A DNA stretch of 64,000 nucleotides from Tetramitus jugosus. Taxonomy: Eukaryota > Protista > Heterolobosea. A program made the translations under genes and the position numbers. Positions 1 through 10,654 of this stretch are shown piece after piece. Within the stretch, counting starts at the first letter, position 1. Every line of letters starts with the position of its first letter. The notes beneath the pieces are model-generated. The model had not been told where the DNA came from and did not search any database. It saw nothing but the letters and a program-made list of their open reading frames with translations. The stretch spans positions 248,001-312,000 of the forward strand of contig OW569389.1 in NCBI GenBank assembly GCA_937625935.1. Direction: 5' to 3'.

Positions 1-29
1 TGATAATAAACCTTTACATAAAACTCTTA

Positions 30-1457
30 TTATTGTCCAGCAGTTTTACTACCCTGAGAAGACAACAGAATCAAAGTACATAGACAAACTACTATGTTAC
101 CCACGTGGGTAATCGATTCATACATTTTTAGATCTGGGACTGCATATCGGATAGAAATGATAAGAATGACTGTAGAAAGGACCCTGATAACACCCTTGGA
201 GAATTCGCTTGAAATGCTTCTTGTCTTCATGGTGAATAGTTCGCGTGCCGACCTCCATAGCAACATCCTCAATCTGGAGCTGGTTAGAATAGCAATGAGT
301 GGGATGAATCCACAAACAAGAGCTACTTGTGGTAATAAGTCATGCACAAGATTCTTGTAGTAGCTTAATGAATCTTCTTTTGTAATCTTCTCTGGTTGAG
401 GCGTCTCTGTATCCTCTACCAACAGTGTGATATTGTCATTTCCTTGCGGTTCATCCACTTCACTTGTTATGTTGCTTGAAGGGAGAGTGACATTTTCTAC
501 TTTCTCGACATTCTCTATCACATTAACATCATTGAGAATGTCGTCGACACTCTCTTCTACCGTATCGAAGCTGTCTACATTACTCACATTAGTTGCCTCT
601 GAAATTTCACTAGATAGCTCGACAGTCAAATGTTCGATATTGTTACTCTGATCTAATTGCTCTTTAGGTAGTGGGTCGCTATTGGTTCCGTATCTCTTGA
701 CTTCAATAATAGGGGCAGAGCCGAACGTGCGCAAGAACATCTTGACAAAAGTGCTTGCAATTGAACCTTCCTTATTCTTGTTCTCAATCTCAGCCAGAGA
801 GGATAACATATCTGAGACAGATTTGTGATGAAATGAGCAAATGGCATCTTGAGACCAAAAATCACTTGTGATGTTTCTGTAGGCATCAGAAGGTGAAGGA
901 TATGAACTCGTACAATTTCTCTTTGCTTCAACATCTTTCACTCTTTCTTGGTTCAAAACATCTTGAATAAATTGAAATTGGCACCTTAAGCTCATGGAGA
1001 ACAGAAAAGTAAGGGCCTTGTTCTTCATTAGGGTTTGTTTTTCGCTCATACTTGCTCTATTAGCTTCATTCAAGTCATTGTACCTTATTTGCAATTGAAC
1101 AAGCTCTTTGGCCAGCAAGGATCCAGACCACCGAGTTTCATTGGTCGGGTGAAGCTCATGTACAACATCGAGCAATGTATTGTATATGTCAGGTTCACAT
1201 TGCAGCTGTAGTGCTTCCTTTTGCGCCAATATTAATTTTTCTCCGAAAGACTGTTCGCTTTGGTTGGCGGGGGAGTGATCGGCAGTTATTTTGGAGAGAA
1301 GTCCATTATGGGAAGCCATAATAAGTCCTTCATATTGAAGGAGAGACAAGTGGCAGTTGCTGGAAAGAGGGATCAGGCGGAGCTCTTCCCCTAAAACTAT
1401 TGAAACCAGATTTATGAAGAAACAAAGGGATACTATCAGCAATGAATGTTTACCCAT
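30..1457 (-). CDS. Hypothetical membrane protein (N-terminal signal-like segment, acidic linker, about 3 C-terminal TM helices)
   Basis: Long ORF 30..1553 whose 5' part overlaps the tRNA. The first plausible ATG is at 1457 (MGKHSLLIVSLCFFINLVSIVLG). Hydrophobic C-terminal helices; no family recognised. Confidence 0.65.
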   Translation of the reverse strand: MGKHSLLIVSLCFFINLVSIVLGEELRLIPLSSNCHLSLLQYEGLIMASHNGLLSKITADHSPANQSEQSFGEKLILAQKEALQLQCEPDIYNTLLDVVHELHPTNETRWSGSLLAKELVQLQIRYNDLNEANRASMSEKQTLMKNKALTFLFSMSLRCQFQFIQDVLNQERVKDVEAKRNCTSSYPSPSDAYRNITSDFWSQDAICSFHHKSVSDMLSSLAEIENKNKEGSIASTFVKMFLRTFGSAPIIEVKRYGTNSDPLPKEQLDQSNNIEHLTVELSSEISEATNVSNVDSFDTVEESVDDILNDVNVIENVEKVENVTLPSSNITSEVDEPQGNDNITLLVEDTETPQPEKITKEDSLSYYKNLVHDLLPQVALVCGFIPLIAILTSSRLRMLLWRSARELFTMKTRSISSEFSKGVIRVLSTVILIISIRYAVPDLKMYESITHVGNIVVCLCTLILLSSQGSKTAGQ

Positions 1458-1520
1458 TTGTGATTCTGTTTTGTTCAACTCCTTGAACAAATATTCCTGC
1501 AGAAAAATGAAAAAGTACAG

Positions 1521-1593
1521 CGCCCACCGAGGGGCTCGAACCCTCGACCACAAGGTTAAGAGCCTTGCGCTCTACCGACTGAGCTAGACGGGC
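1521..1593 (-). tRNA. trnK-CUU: tRNA-Lys(CTT), intronless
   Basis: Reverse complement GCCCGTCTAGCTCAGTCGGTAGAGCGCAAGGCTCTTAACCTTGTGGTCGAGGGTTCGAGCCCCTCGGTGGGCG forms a cloverleaf with anticodon CTT and A/B boxes, followed by CTGTACTTTTT (Pol III terminator). Confidence 0.98.
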
Positions 1594-1659
1594 TTGGATA
1601 TTGATAATTTCGCTAATATAAACCTAATTCGAAAAAATTACATGTTTTTACAAAGCCTC

Positions 1660-2150
1660 TATCGAAAATATCACCAATGGCTTGGTAGCCAATGGAGTCA
1701 AAGGAGCAGTAGCCGAGAAAAAAGCAAAAATTTATGTGAATCAAGTTAACGAAGATGTCTCACGACTCTCCTTCACCTCTTCACCACAACAAAAGCGAAA
1801 CAACAATGAGCGAGCGCCATCGAGAATTAAGCAGATGACCAAGGTCAAGTATCAGGTGGACCGCTTGGATGACCTATGTCCTAAGTGCATGTTGCAACAA
1901 GAGACAGTACTCCACTGCCTGATTAGGTGTCCACTGAAGAAAATAAAAGACAACAAAGTGAGAACCGAAATGGTTGTATTAAAGAGAAATTAGGGTTTGT
2001 TTATGGGGTAGAGGACGAAATACGGAGCCTTAGTCATAATCATCTTAACCGTGAGTTCTTTGCTTGTTGTTATCCGCCAAATGCGGACCATCAAAGTGCG
2101 CAGAAGAAATTTCATGGTTTCCAAAACAAACAAGTCATGTTTTCCTAGTT
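1660..2150 (+). mobile_element. Degenerate non-LTR retrotransposon (LINE ORF2 C-terminal zinc-knuckle) relic
   Basis: CPKCMLQQETVLHCLIRCP (1877-1933) matches the CX2CX8HX4C / zf-RVT motif of L1-type ORF2 C-termini. The frame breaks shortly afterwards and no RT domain is present. Boundaries are approximate. Confidence 0.55.
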
Positions 2151-2240
2151 CTCGTCTGACGACAGACATGCCTATCGTTTGTCGATTCCCCCTGTGAAAC
2201 AAAACGACGAAAAAGAGGAACAATTGTACTCACGACAGAA

Positions 2241-3746
2241 ATGAAAGATATCAAAGGAGGAGTGGTGGACGATTGGGTCAACAACCAAGCAACAACAACA
2301 TTTGAACAGACAGAGACAAGAGATGCAGCAGTCATTGTTGAACTGCACGAGGGTGCTCCATTACCTACAACCTCAAAAGTGAGCATCTTTCAACAAAAGG
2401 AGAAACTTACATTTTTGTTTGGATGGTTCGTTTGCTTGCTTTGTCATGTTTTATTCGGTATTCAACCGATACTAGGACGTTATTTACAAAAGAGTGGAGC
2501 GTCTCGTCAAATTCCGACAATGAACTTGATTTTTGCGAGTAATGTGCTTGTGCTCATTGTTTATTCTCCTCGTTTACTGTACTTGTTGGCGTGCTACATT
2601 CGGCGGGAATATGTGAGGAGGAAGCAGGAGCTCGATGCGGAGTTACAAGCGACAGAGATGTCTTTGAGGGATCAAGATGGGAATGATGAGCTTGAAGTTC
2701 AGGAGGAACAGGTTGAAAGCCAGAGAGAGAATTCACTGATGACGCAGAGCTATGGACGAGTGCTGATACAAAAGCTAAAGCACTTCTTGAATCGTTATAT
2801 CTTTCTAATTATTTTCATTGTTTCTCGTGTGTTGCGAACGAGCACCAACGTGTTGAGCAGTCGGTTTACAAAGGCAATTTATGTGCAGTTGTTTGGATTG
2901 AGCACTCCGTTCATGGTGAGTGCCATTTCGATATGCATCGTGAATCGATCTGTCCCAAAGAATTTGAGAGAGAGATGGAGCTTTCGATCTGTGTTGGCAA
3001 TGATTTTTGCCGTCCTAGGTGGCGTTTTGGTGATTGTGGGTGGAGCTGTGAATCAAAGCTCTGATTCCAAGTGGTATTCATTTCTCTCGAACGCGCACAT
3101 TGATTGGAGTCGATTTGGAAAGGATTTTGGAGTGAATGATATATTTGGAATGGTGCTCAGCTTGATTGCTAGTTTGAGCTTAAGTATCTACATGATCAGT
3201 GCTCGTTTTATGAACAAGGGTCACGCTTCCTCTCGAGTACAATTGAGCGAAGAGTACCTGTTCTTGATGCAACTGACTGCTTTATCGATCACTTCGTTCC
3301 TACCAAGTTTCCTATTCGAAGATTGGAAAGTATGGTTCTATCTTACACTCAAGGACTGGCTTGTCTTTGTCTTATTTTCTCTTTGCAATTATCTGGCTGC
3401 TAATTTCTTGATGCTGTACGCTGTGCATGCCATTGGAGCATCAAGCACTGGCAGTGTATTGGCTCTGCGACTCATATCCACGATAGCTTTCAGTGGAGTC
3501 GTTCTAGGAGAATGGTTTGTGAGTATTTGGCAATTATTAGGCTCCTTAGTTGTCATGACATCCATCTCCTACTACTTGTACTGTCAGAGTGCAGTTCAGA
3601 AGGCTGAGCCTGAACCGGAACCTGAAACCAAAGCTGAATTAGAGACCAAAGAGGAAGAGGAGGAAGAATCTCAAGCGTGTGAAGCAGACGCTTCGGTCAC
3701 TGATTCTGAAGAACTCTTGCAACAACCATCTGTCGTCGGATCGTAA
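2241..3746 (+). CDS. Drug/metabolite transporter (EamA/DMT-like) multi-pass membrane protein
   Basis: 501-aa ORF with about 10 TM helices and an EamA-like C-terminal pattern (AVHAIGASSTGSVLALRLISTIAFSGVVLGE..SIWQLLG). Confidence 0.8.
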   Translation: MKDIKGGVVDDWVNNQATTTFEQTETRDAAVIVELHEGAPLPTTSKVSIFQQKEKLTFLFGWFVCLLCHVLFGIQPILGRYLQKSGASRQIPTMNLIFASNVLVLIVYSPRLLYLLACYIRREYVRRKQELDAELQATEMSLRDQDGNDELEVQEEQVESQRENSLMTQSYGRVLIQKLKHFLNRYIFLIIFIVSRVLRTSTNVLSSRFTKAIYVQLFGLSTPFMVSAISICIVNRSVPKNLRERWSFRSVLAMIFAVLGGVLVIVGGAVNQSSDSKWYSFLSNAHIDWSRFGKDFGVNDIFGMVLSLIASLSLSIYMISARFMNKGHASSRVQLSEEYLFLMQLTALSITSFLPSFLFEDWKVWFYLTLKDWLVFVLFSLCNYLAANFLMLYAVHAIGASSTGSVLALRLISTIAFSGVVLGEWFVSIWQLLGSLVVMTSISYYLYCQSAVQKAEPEPEPETKAELETKEEEEEESQACEADASVTDSEELLQQPSVVGS

Positions 3747-3928
3747 TCTCAAAAACTCGAAAAAAGATTCTCAATGCGCGGCCTTGTCTGATCTGAAAAT
3801 AGAATCAGGCTTTTTGGTGACTGTCAGCTTGCAGGAAAAAGTGTGGGTGCTCCAAACACAAGCCAGACAAAGAGATCAACCACAACCACCAACTGTACCA
3901 TCATACCATCATTGTATCTATACAAGAA

Positions 3929-4723
3929 ATGCTCAGACCAACAAGAATCCTCACCAATAATATCCGAAAACAGGCCTGTACTTCTCAACTGTTTTTTGGT
4001 TCAAACTCAACACTACAATCCTCTCGTGTTGTTGCCCTTGCCAACGCTTTGAATCACCAACATGCGATGCGTAAGAGCATGGACTCTCTTCATGGTGGTG
4101 TGCTTTCCAAGAATGACTATCGCTGCTTCCATTCAACGATCATCAATAAATTCGCTGCCAATGAAGATCTGAACAACAAGGACACTAGTAGTAGCGGTAC
4201 AACAACAACTTTCCTCATCCGTGTACCTCTGTTAGAAGATATTGGATTGAAGAGTGGCACTGAAGTCACCATAGTCGATATCCATCGTGGTGTTGGAGAG
4301 TTTATTGAAGAGGAAGACCCTATCGCCTCAGTTAGACTAGATGATGGCCAAGTTGTGGAGATTAAGAGCCCAGAGAGTGCATTCCTGAAGAGGAGTCTTT
4401 GCCAGAAGGGACAGAAGATTAGATTTGGAAGTCCAATGTTCGAAATGGCTTACTCGACAGATCAAGCTGATGTGCCACATACAGGATTGGGTGCCAGCGA
4501 GTCCGAGCTTCGACACGTTGGAATGAGAGGAGCTGTGAAGAATCAGTTTGGAGAAGACGAAACAGCACCTTCACCACCAAACCCCTTTACACCAATCGCA
4601 GTCATCCTTGCCATTGTGGCTTTGGGTGTTGCTTTCATGGTGTTTGTCAAACCAAGTGCGAAGAAGACATCAGAGGAAGACAAGAAGACAGAGGAACCGG
4701 TGAAAAAGAAGCTCAAAGCTTAA
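3929..4723 (+). CDS. Mitochondrial-targeted protein with a lipoyl/biotinyl-attachment-like domain and C-terminal TM anchor
   Basis: Arg/Ser-rich presequence; lipoyl-fold pattern VGEFIEEEDPIASVRLDDGQVVEIKSPESA..KGQKIRFGSPMF; TM IAVILAIVALGVAFMVFV followed by a basic tail. Confidence 0.7.
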   Translation: MLRPTRILTNNIRKQACTSQLFFGSNSTLQSSRVVALANALNHQHAMRKSMDSLHGGVLSKNDYRCFHSTIINKFAANEDLNNKDTSSSGTTTTFLIRVPLLEDIGLKSGTEVTIVDIHRGVGEFIEEEDPIASVRLDDGQVVEIKSPESAFLKRSLCQKGQKIRFGSPMFEMAYSTDQADVPHTGLGASESELRHVGMRGAVKNQFGEDETAPSPPNPFTPIAVILAIVALGVAFMVFVKPSAKKTSEEDKKTEEPVKKKLKA

Positions 4724-4813
4724 GACCAAACCATAAACAAACATCAAGAAAGAAAAAAATACATTTGCGTTTTTGAAGCCACAGTTTTTGTTTGTGTGAT
4801 TTGAACTTGAAGT

Positions 4814-5740
4814 ATGTCTTTTGTTCGAGTTGATAAGGCATTGAGTAAGTTGGGTTATGCAACACGATCAGAGACATTGTCATTCCTCCGAAAGCACAGA
4901 GTTTTCCAATGGTTGAATAAAGGAGGGAGTGATGCCGCCAACTCTGTGCGCATTCAAGCCACGGCACACAAGATTACCTTACAAGGACTCAAGGAAAACC
5001 AACCAATTCTCAATGTCGATGATCTCACCTATCTTGTGAGCGATTTACGTGGGCCAATGACAATCTTAGTGAACAAGGGTAGTGGTCTGGTTTGTTCAAC
5101 AGCAAGGGATAATCATGGAGAAACAAGTGGTCCAGAGGATTCTTGTCAAAACGTGGAGAACGGCAATAATTTGAATGATGCATGTCCTCCTGAGGGCACC
5201 CGTCTCATTTATGATATCCTGCCTCAGAATTTCATTCACATGCATCCGACTCTGTCCTGCATCGGTCGATTGGACAAAGACACATCTGGATTGATTCTAA
5301 TGACACAAGATGGTGAACTACAAAACTATATCAACTCTGTTCATGTTCCTAAAACATACATGGCACAAATTAAGCCTTCATTTGAATCAAGAGGGGAGTT
5401 TGAGCTTAAAGTGCAGAATGTATTTGCCAGTGGTACGCTGCTACTTCGAAATGAGAGAAGGCCATGCAAACCTTCTAAAGTCCAACTGATCGATGATGGA
5501 TCAATGAGTAGACTCTCTGTTAGGATCCATGAAGGCATGTACCATCAAGTGAGGAGAATGTTTGCTGCCTGTGGATACAGAGTTATGGATCTTGAGCGAG
5601 TACGAATAGGTAACATTGAGCTGTATGATACATCAACTGGTGCGAGCAAGTTGGAAACGAATCAATGGAGGCGAGTACTGGCTGAGGAAATTAGTGATCT
5701 AAAATCATTCAAACAACGAACTACTCTGAATGAATCCTAA
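4814..5740 (+). CDS. RsuA/RluE-family pseudouridine synthase with N-terminal S4-like domain
   Basis: VRVDKALSKLGYATRSE (S4), LVNKG, catalytic IGRLDKDTSGLILMTQDG, HEGMYHQVRRMF, LERVRIG. Confidence 0.92.
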   Translation: MSFVRVDKALSKLGYATRSETLSFLRKHRVFQWLNKGGSDAANSVRIQATAHKITLQGLKENQPILNVDDLTYLVSDLRGPMTILVNKGSGLVCSTARDNHGETSGPEDSCQNVENGNNLNDACPPEGTRLIYDILPQNFIHMHPTLSCIGRLDKDTSGLILMTQDGELQNYINSVHVPKTYMAQIKPSFESRGEFELKVQNVFASGTLLLRNERRPCKPSKVQLIDDGSMSRLSVRIHEGMYHQVRRMFAACGYRVMDLERVRIGNIELYDTSTGASKLETNQWRRVLAEEISDLKSFKQRTTLNES

Positions 5741-6426
5741 TTTTTTATTTTCTCCACTATTTTGTATAACTCATACATTAACTTGTTTTGATTGGTTATG
5801 GTGTCATTCTGTCGCTGAGTTCCTTCAGTCAGTGCTTCTATCTTGTCTTCGAAGCTCTTCTTCATTTTCTGCATTTCTCTATTCAACAGTTTCAAACGCA
5901 AGTCTAATACTGCAATTGACCGTTCATGATCCTTCTCGCTAACACTCTTATTTAGATCCTGACCTCCCAGTGGCGAGTTTGGTGAACCAGGCGAAATGAT
6001 TTTGAGGAAAGATGAATTGTAAATTGGTGAAACAGATGGAGATGTCTTATTGGAGCTATTGGGAGGAGACCGCTTTTTCAATGTGGAAGGTTTAGGACGA
6101 GTAGCCGAGGGAGGAGACAATTCCATCTTCCTATTCTTTAAGTTCAGAGAATAGATGGCCTTAATAGTCCCTCGATTCTGATCAACCACAGTTTGGTGAT
6201 CCAACACTAACAAACGAGGTTCCTTCTCTAATAATCTCTCGAACACTTCGTTACACAAACTGCGAAACTGCCCCTCACCTAGTTCTTCTTTTGCTTTTGG
6301 ATACTGTGTCTGAATATGATTGACCATGCGAGACATAAATGAACTGATCATCTCTTTTTCCCTGGCTGAAAAATCAGGAATAGGCATCTGGGTAGAGATT
6401 GTGGTTCGAGCTTTCCCAGATTTCAT
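5737..6426 (-). CDS. Hypothetical protein with C-terminal coiled coil
   Basis: 229-aa ATG-initiated ORF; its stop codon overlaps the stop of the convergent pseudouridine synthase. Confidence 0.7.
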   Translation of the reverse strand: MKSGKARTTISTQMPIPDFSAREKEMISSFMSRMVNHIQTQYPKAKEELGEGQFRSLCNEVFERLLEKEPRLLVLDHQTVVDQNRGTIKAIYSLNLKNRKMELSPPSATRPKPSTLKKRSPPNSSNKTSPSVSPIYNSSFLKIISPGSPNSPLGGQDLNKSVSEKDHERSIAVLDLRLKLLNREMQKMKKSFEDKIEALTEGTQRQNDTITNQNKLMYELYKIVEKIKN

Positions 6427-6540
6427 CTTATCTTTATGGCAATAGTTTTGAGTTTATTGCGATCAAAATGAATTACGTAGGAGTAAATAACCTGCCACAT
6501 GTCAGTTCGTCATGGATGTCTGATTTTTATTGGTTGAGAT

Positions 6541-9500
6541 TTAGTCAACACCCTTTAGCACGAGAGCAATGTCCTTCTTGCGAAGAACTCTGGCTGGAAT
6601 ATACGAACCCAAAACTGCAACGACAAGAGCCATCGCAGCCAAAGATCCAACGAGCCAATATGGGAATGCAAACTCGAATGGGGTTTCCAGGAATATATTG
6701 AACTGTGCTGTTAGAGTCAACGCGATAGTCATGCCGGTTGTTGTTCCACAAATGAAAGCAGAAATGACCAAGCACAATGCCTCATAGATGTATGCCCTGA
6801 TCAGTTGACTGACAGACATACCCACAGCTCTGAGCACTCCAAACTCCCAACTGTTATCTCTAACATTGGCAGTGAATGACAGAGTTAGGATGAAGAAACA
6901 GAGAGTCACAGCAATAGCAGCAACCACATTGAAAAATGCCAACAGAGCAGTTGTGGTTCTCTTTGTGCCTGCTAGTAAATCTCCAGCACTTGCGATCGTT
7001 ACAAAGTCGGCAGTAGTTAAACTCTTTAGCTCGTTCATAATATCAAGCACCTTGGTTTGATTTGATGTTTTGAATTTCACCATCAATTTTTCTTTTGGTA
7101 TTTGCAACTCCTTTTGATCGATACCCGCAGCAATCACAGAAGCATTGATCAGTTTTAGATATGAATCCGTAGAGATAAGCACAGCTGTCAAAAATGCGGT
7201 AGGCTCGTATGAAGAATATAGATAACCTGGAAACTTGTATACCATTGCTCGTGCCTTCGCAACGAATGATATTGATGTTGTTTTCTTCGTTGTAGGATTC
7301 TTGGCAAACAACTTCAGTTGTAGAGGAGAGCTTCTCTCAATACTGACAGCTGGCTTCAGAGCAGTGGAAACAATCACATCCACATAGTCCTTGTATCGTA
7401 CACTAGGATCAAACGAGTTTGTTGCATTATCAAACATATCTATTCGTGCACCTGTAACTGATCGCTTAGGTACGAATCCTGATCTCTCGCCATCAACCAC
7501 TGCCTGCCCAGCATTCACATATAAACTGTTGATGACATCAGGCTTTCCATTAACCTGCTTGTAAGTAAACTCGGGATCGATAGCACTATACAAGAAATAT
7601 TTGCTGTACGCAACCTCTAGATAATTTTGGGAGACAGCATATACTTCAACATTCTTCGTTCTGAAGTACGACAGTGATCCAAGACGCGAGCGAGTAATGA
7701 AGTCTTGTCGGCCAACTGAGAATGACTGATAACAATAGTTATCAACCTCTCCCTTTGCAATCATGGAATCTAAGTAGCTATTTAACTCCTTTTCTGGTAG
7801 TGGGTACGAACTAGTACTACTCTTTAGTAAAGCGTCAGCTCCGATGAATGATTCGATATTGCTGCGAATGCTTGATACTTGTAACGAGAATGCAACTCCT
7901 GCAAAGATAACAAATGCAATGGCTAAAGTAAACATCATGAAGGTTTTTCGACTTCTCTTTCGGTGACCAGCGAGATTCTTAGCAATGAGAGTCTTCATCT
8001 TTCTATCAGGACCCCAGACAATTAAATTCAGAATAATGCCCTCCAGAGCTGGCTGGAAGACGACTGAAATCATGCAGAGACCAAATAACATTGCCAATAA
8101 AATGCAGTTCAAGATAGCGAAAAACATTGGCAGCCTCTGGAAGATAAATGAGTATGGGATCAGATAATACACAACAAATCCAGCAACTACAAGCGATACT
8201 GATATGCCAGTCTGCCATGGCTCAATTCCAAGCTTCTCCAGCCGGATCATCTTCACAGTCGTTTCATTAAATGATTGATGAGCAATATCTAGACTGTCAC
8301 GAAGAGTTTTTGACAATGCGTTTCTAATCGGCACTACGTTCGCAATCACAGGAATTGCTAATCCAATGGCAATAGGTATGATAATTGCAAACGTATCTAA
8401 CATTACTCGTATCTTATAATCGGCGTTCACTACCACATCTCTGATAATATATTCAACAATAATGTTCGCGAAAAACGAACCCATCATTCCTAATATCACA
8501 CCAGGTACTGCAAAGTATAATGCTTGTGTGATAATGATCTGCATGAGCGAATGTTTTTGAAGACCCAAAGCTCTTAACATGCCATACTCGTATGTTTTCT
8601 CCTCTACACTCGCAAGTAGTAAGGCAAATATGAGAATCACACCTAAGATGCCCAACATGACTACAACTCCAACGAATAGCTGATCCAAAAAGAGGATAAT
8701 GAATTCAAGACCATCCAATGTGGTCAACAGTGGAAATTGGACGTTGGCTGAGTAGTCTACACCCAAAATATTTCGCATCTCATCAGAAAAGAGAATAATT
8801 TCTTTGTTTCTCTCCTTTTGTTTCTTCATATAGGTGTCAAATCTACCGCTAAACATACCAACAACCGAAAGGGAGTATTGCTACGGACAGAGAAACAATC
8901 GTGTTAGTTGGCAATGAAAACATAACGCCAAAAAGGGAATCATAAGTGTTGACATACATTGATGTTGAACGTATCCACAAAGTCATTAAATTGATCCAGC
9001 GAGCCATACAATTGTAGCAGTAACTTGAAAGTCGGATTATCCAACAAACTGTCTCCAACTGCACGCAATATGAACCGAGAGTCAACCATGATAATATTAC
9101 CGAGTGCAGTTGGGTACTTGCCTGCTGGTGAAGATACAGCGTCAATCACCTTGTATTCAGTCGCCAAACCATCAGTCGAAAAGAATGGACTAGTACCATT
9201 CTGAAGAAAGACAGAAAACAACTGCTCGCCAGTGAAATTGACTGAACCAACAGATCGAGCAAGCACTTCAATAATTGGAGGCACTTCAACGCCTCCCTTT
9301 TCCATTCGATCGACTAACTCTGTCAAATTGACCGTATGAACCTTCTTAAAATCAAATCCACTTTGCGATAATATCGCACGTATGATTGCTGCAGGATCCA
9401 ACGTTATTCCATCTGTGATACTAGGTGAATCCCCGCCGTCATCTGGTGCTGATGGATCATCTGGATCAAAATCCAAGTTTACATTTTGAGATATGGCTTG

Positions 9501-10409
9501 ATCTTGACCTGAAAGAGCTGCTTGCAATCCAGTCAAAGACAATTGAATATTGATTGATTCGCCTCTGTCGGCTCTCACACCAATCGCTCTCAAAATGCTG
9601 TCTCGTACGTGTGCCTCTCCATGTCCTAGAGGACGATGGGACCAAGTCCTGCCCAATCCCATTTGTTCCTCACGATCCGTATCCACAATCAACAACATGG
9701 CAGTTGTATTTCGAGATGGATGCTTTGTATTTTGTACATTGGCAGGTAATATCCATCGGGGACTCGTGCCCACAATTCTTGGATGGTTGCTCAATTTCAG
9801 GTTCATATCCGTCTCATTCACAAACGGATTTACGCTTGAATTGGAAAATTTCGTATAATAGATCTACAACAACAACAACAACCATCACAACAGTCAATCA
9901 CCATCATCATCATCAAGCTATCTCAATCACAACAACAACAAAATAAACAACCACAACAACAAAGCACTTACAAAATCAGTCTCTCCAATCTGATCCTCTG
10001 CCAGCTTTACAAAAACAATGGAAGCTTTCAAAATTCCATTGTACAGCAAGCTCACAACAAACACCACAATGACAATGGTCAACAAACCAATCAAAAAGCC
10101 AAACAATCGATGCTTCGTATCTCTCGTCACATAACGAATAGCCAATTGCATATTGCCAAACAAGGTTTCACCTACCCAGCTTCCCTTGCGCACATTTAGG
10201 TCCAATTGTTGCTGTTGTTCTCTTTCATCACCATCGCCATCGTCACTGTTCTTGTGTTTCATTCTTCTTCTTGTTGTTGTTTGAGTGGATGATTGTTGCG
10301 CAAAATTCCCTGTGAGAAGGTTCACACGATCATCACCATCATCAACATCCGGAATATTATCGTGAGAGACAACAGGCTGATTCATAAAGTTGTTGTTCCT
10401 TCCGCTCAT
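6541..10409 (-). CDS. FtsX/MacB-type (DUF214) ABC permease, 3 exons: 10409-9972, 9863-8958, 8880-6541
   Basis: Two FtsX motifs (EKTYEYGMLRALGL; DNSWEFGVLRAVGMS). Introns 9864-9971 (GTAAGT..TAG) and 8881-8957 (GTATGT..ACTAAC..TAG) join three ORFs in frame. The start ATG (MSGRNNN) is uncertain. Confidence 0.88.
9866..9962. repeat. (CAA)n/(CAT)n-rich simple repeat inside intron 1 of the permease
   Basis: acaacaacaacaaca..catcatcatcat..caacaacaaca runs. Confidence 0.8.
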
Positions 10410-10654
10410 ATCTTCGTTTTTTCCACAAGCTTGTGTTCCTTCTTGAATCAAGAATGTTCGAAAGCGGCTAAATGGCATCGGGAGTCCGCGGTGAAAAAGT
10501 CGGGAAAGGTAAATACGATTTACAACAAATTTATGGGCAGCAAAAACGAACACCTGGGAAGGGGGATGAAAATGGTTTTCGATGTGGTTCTGGTGTTATC
10601 TCGATAGACTCACCTTTTCATCTCTTTTGAAATCACAGAAAAAAGCAAAACACC

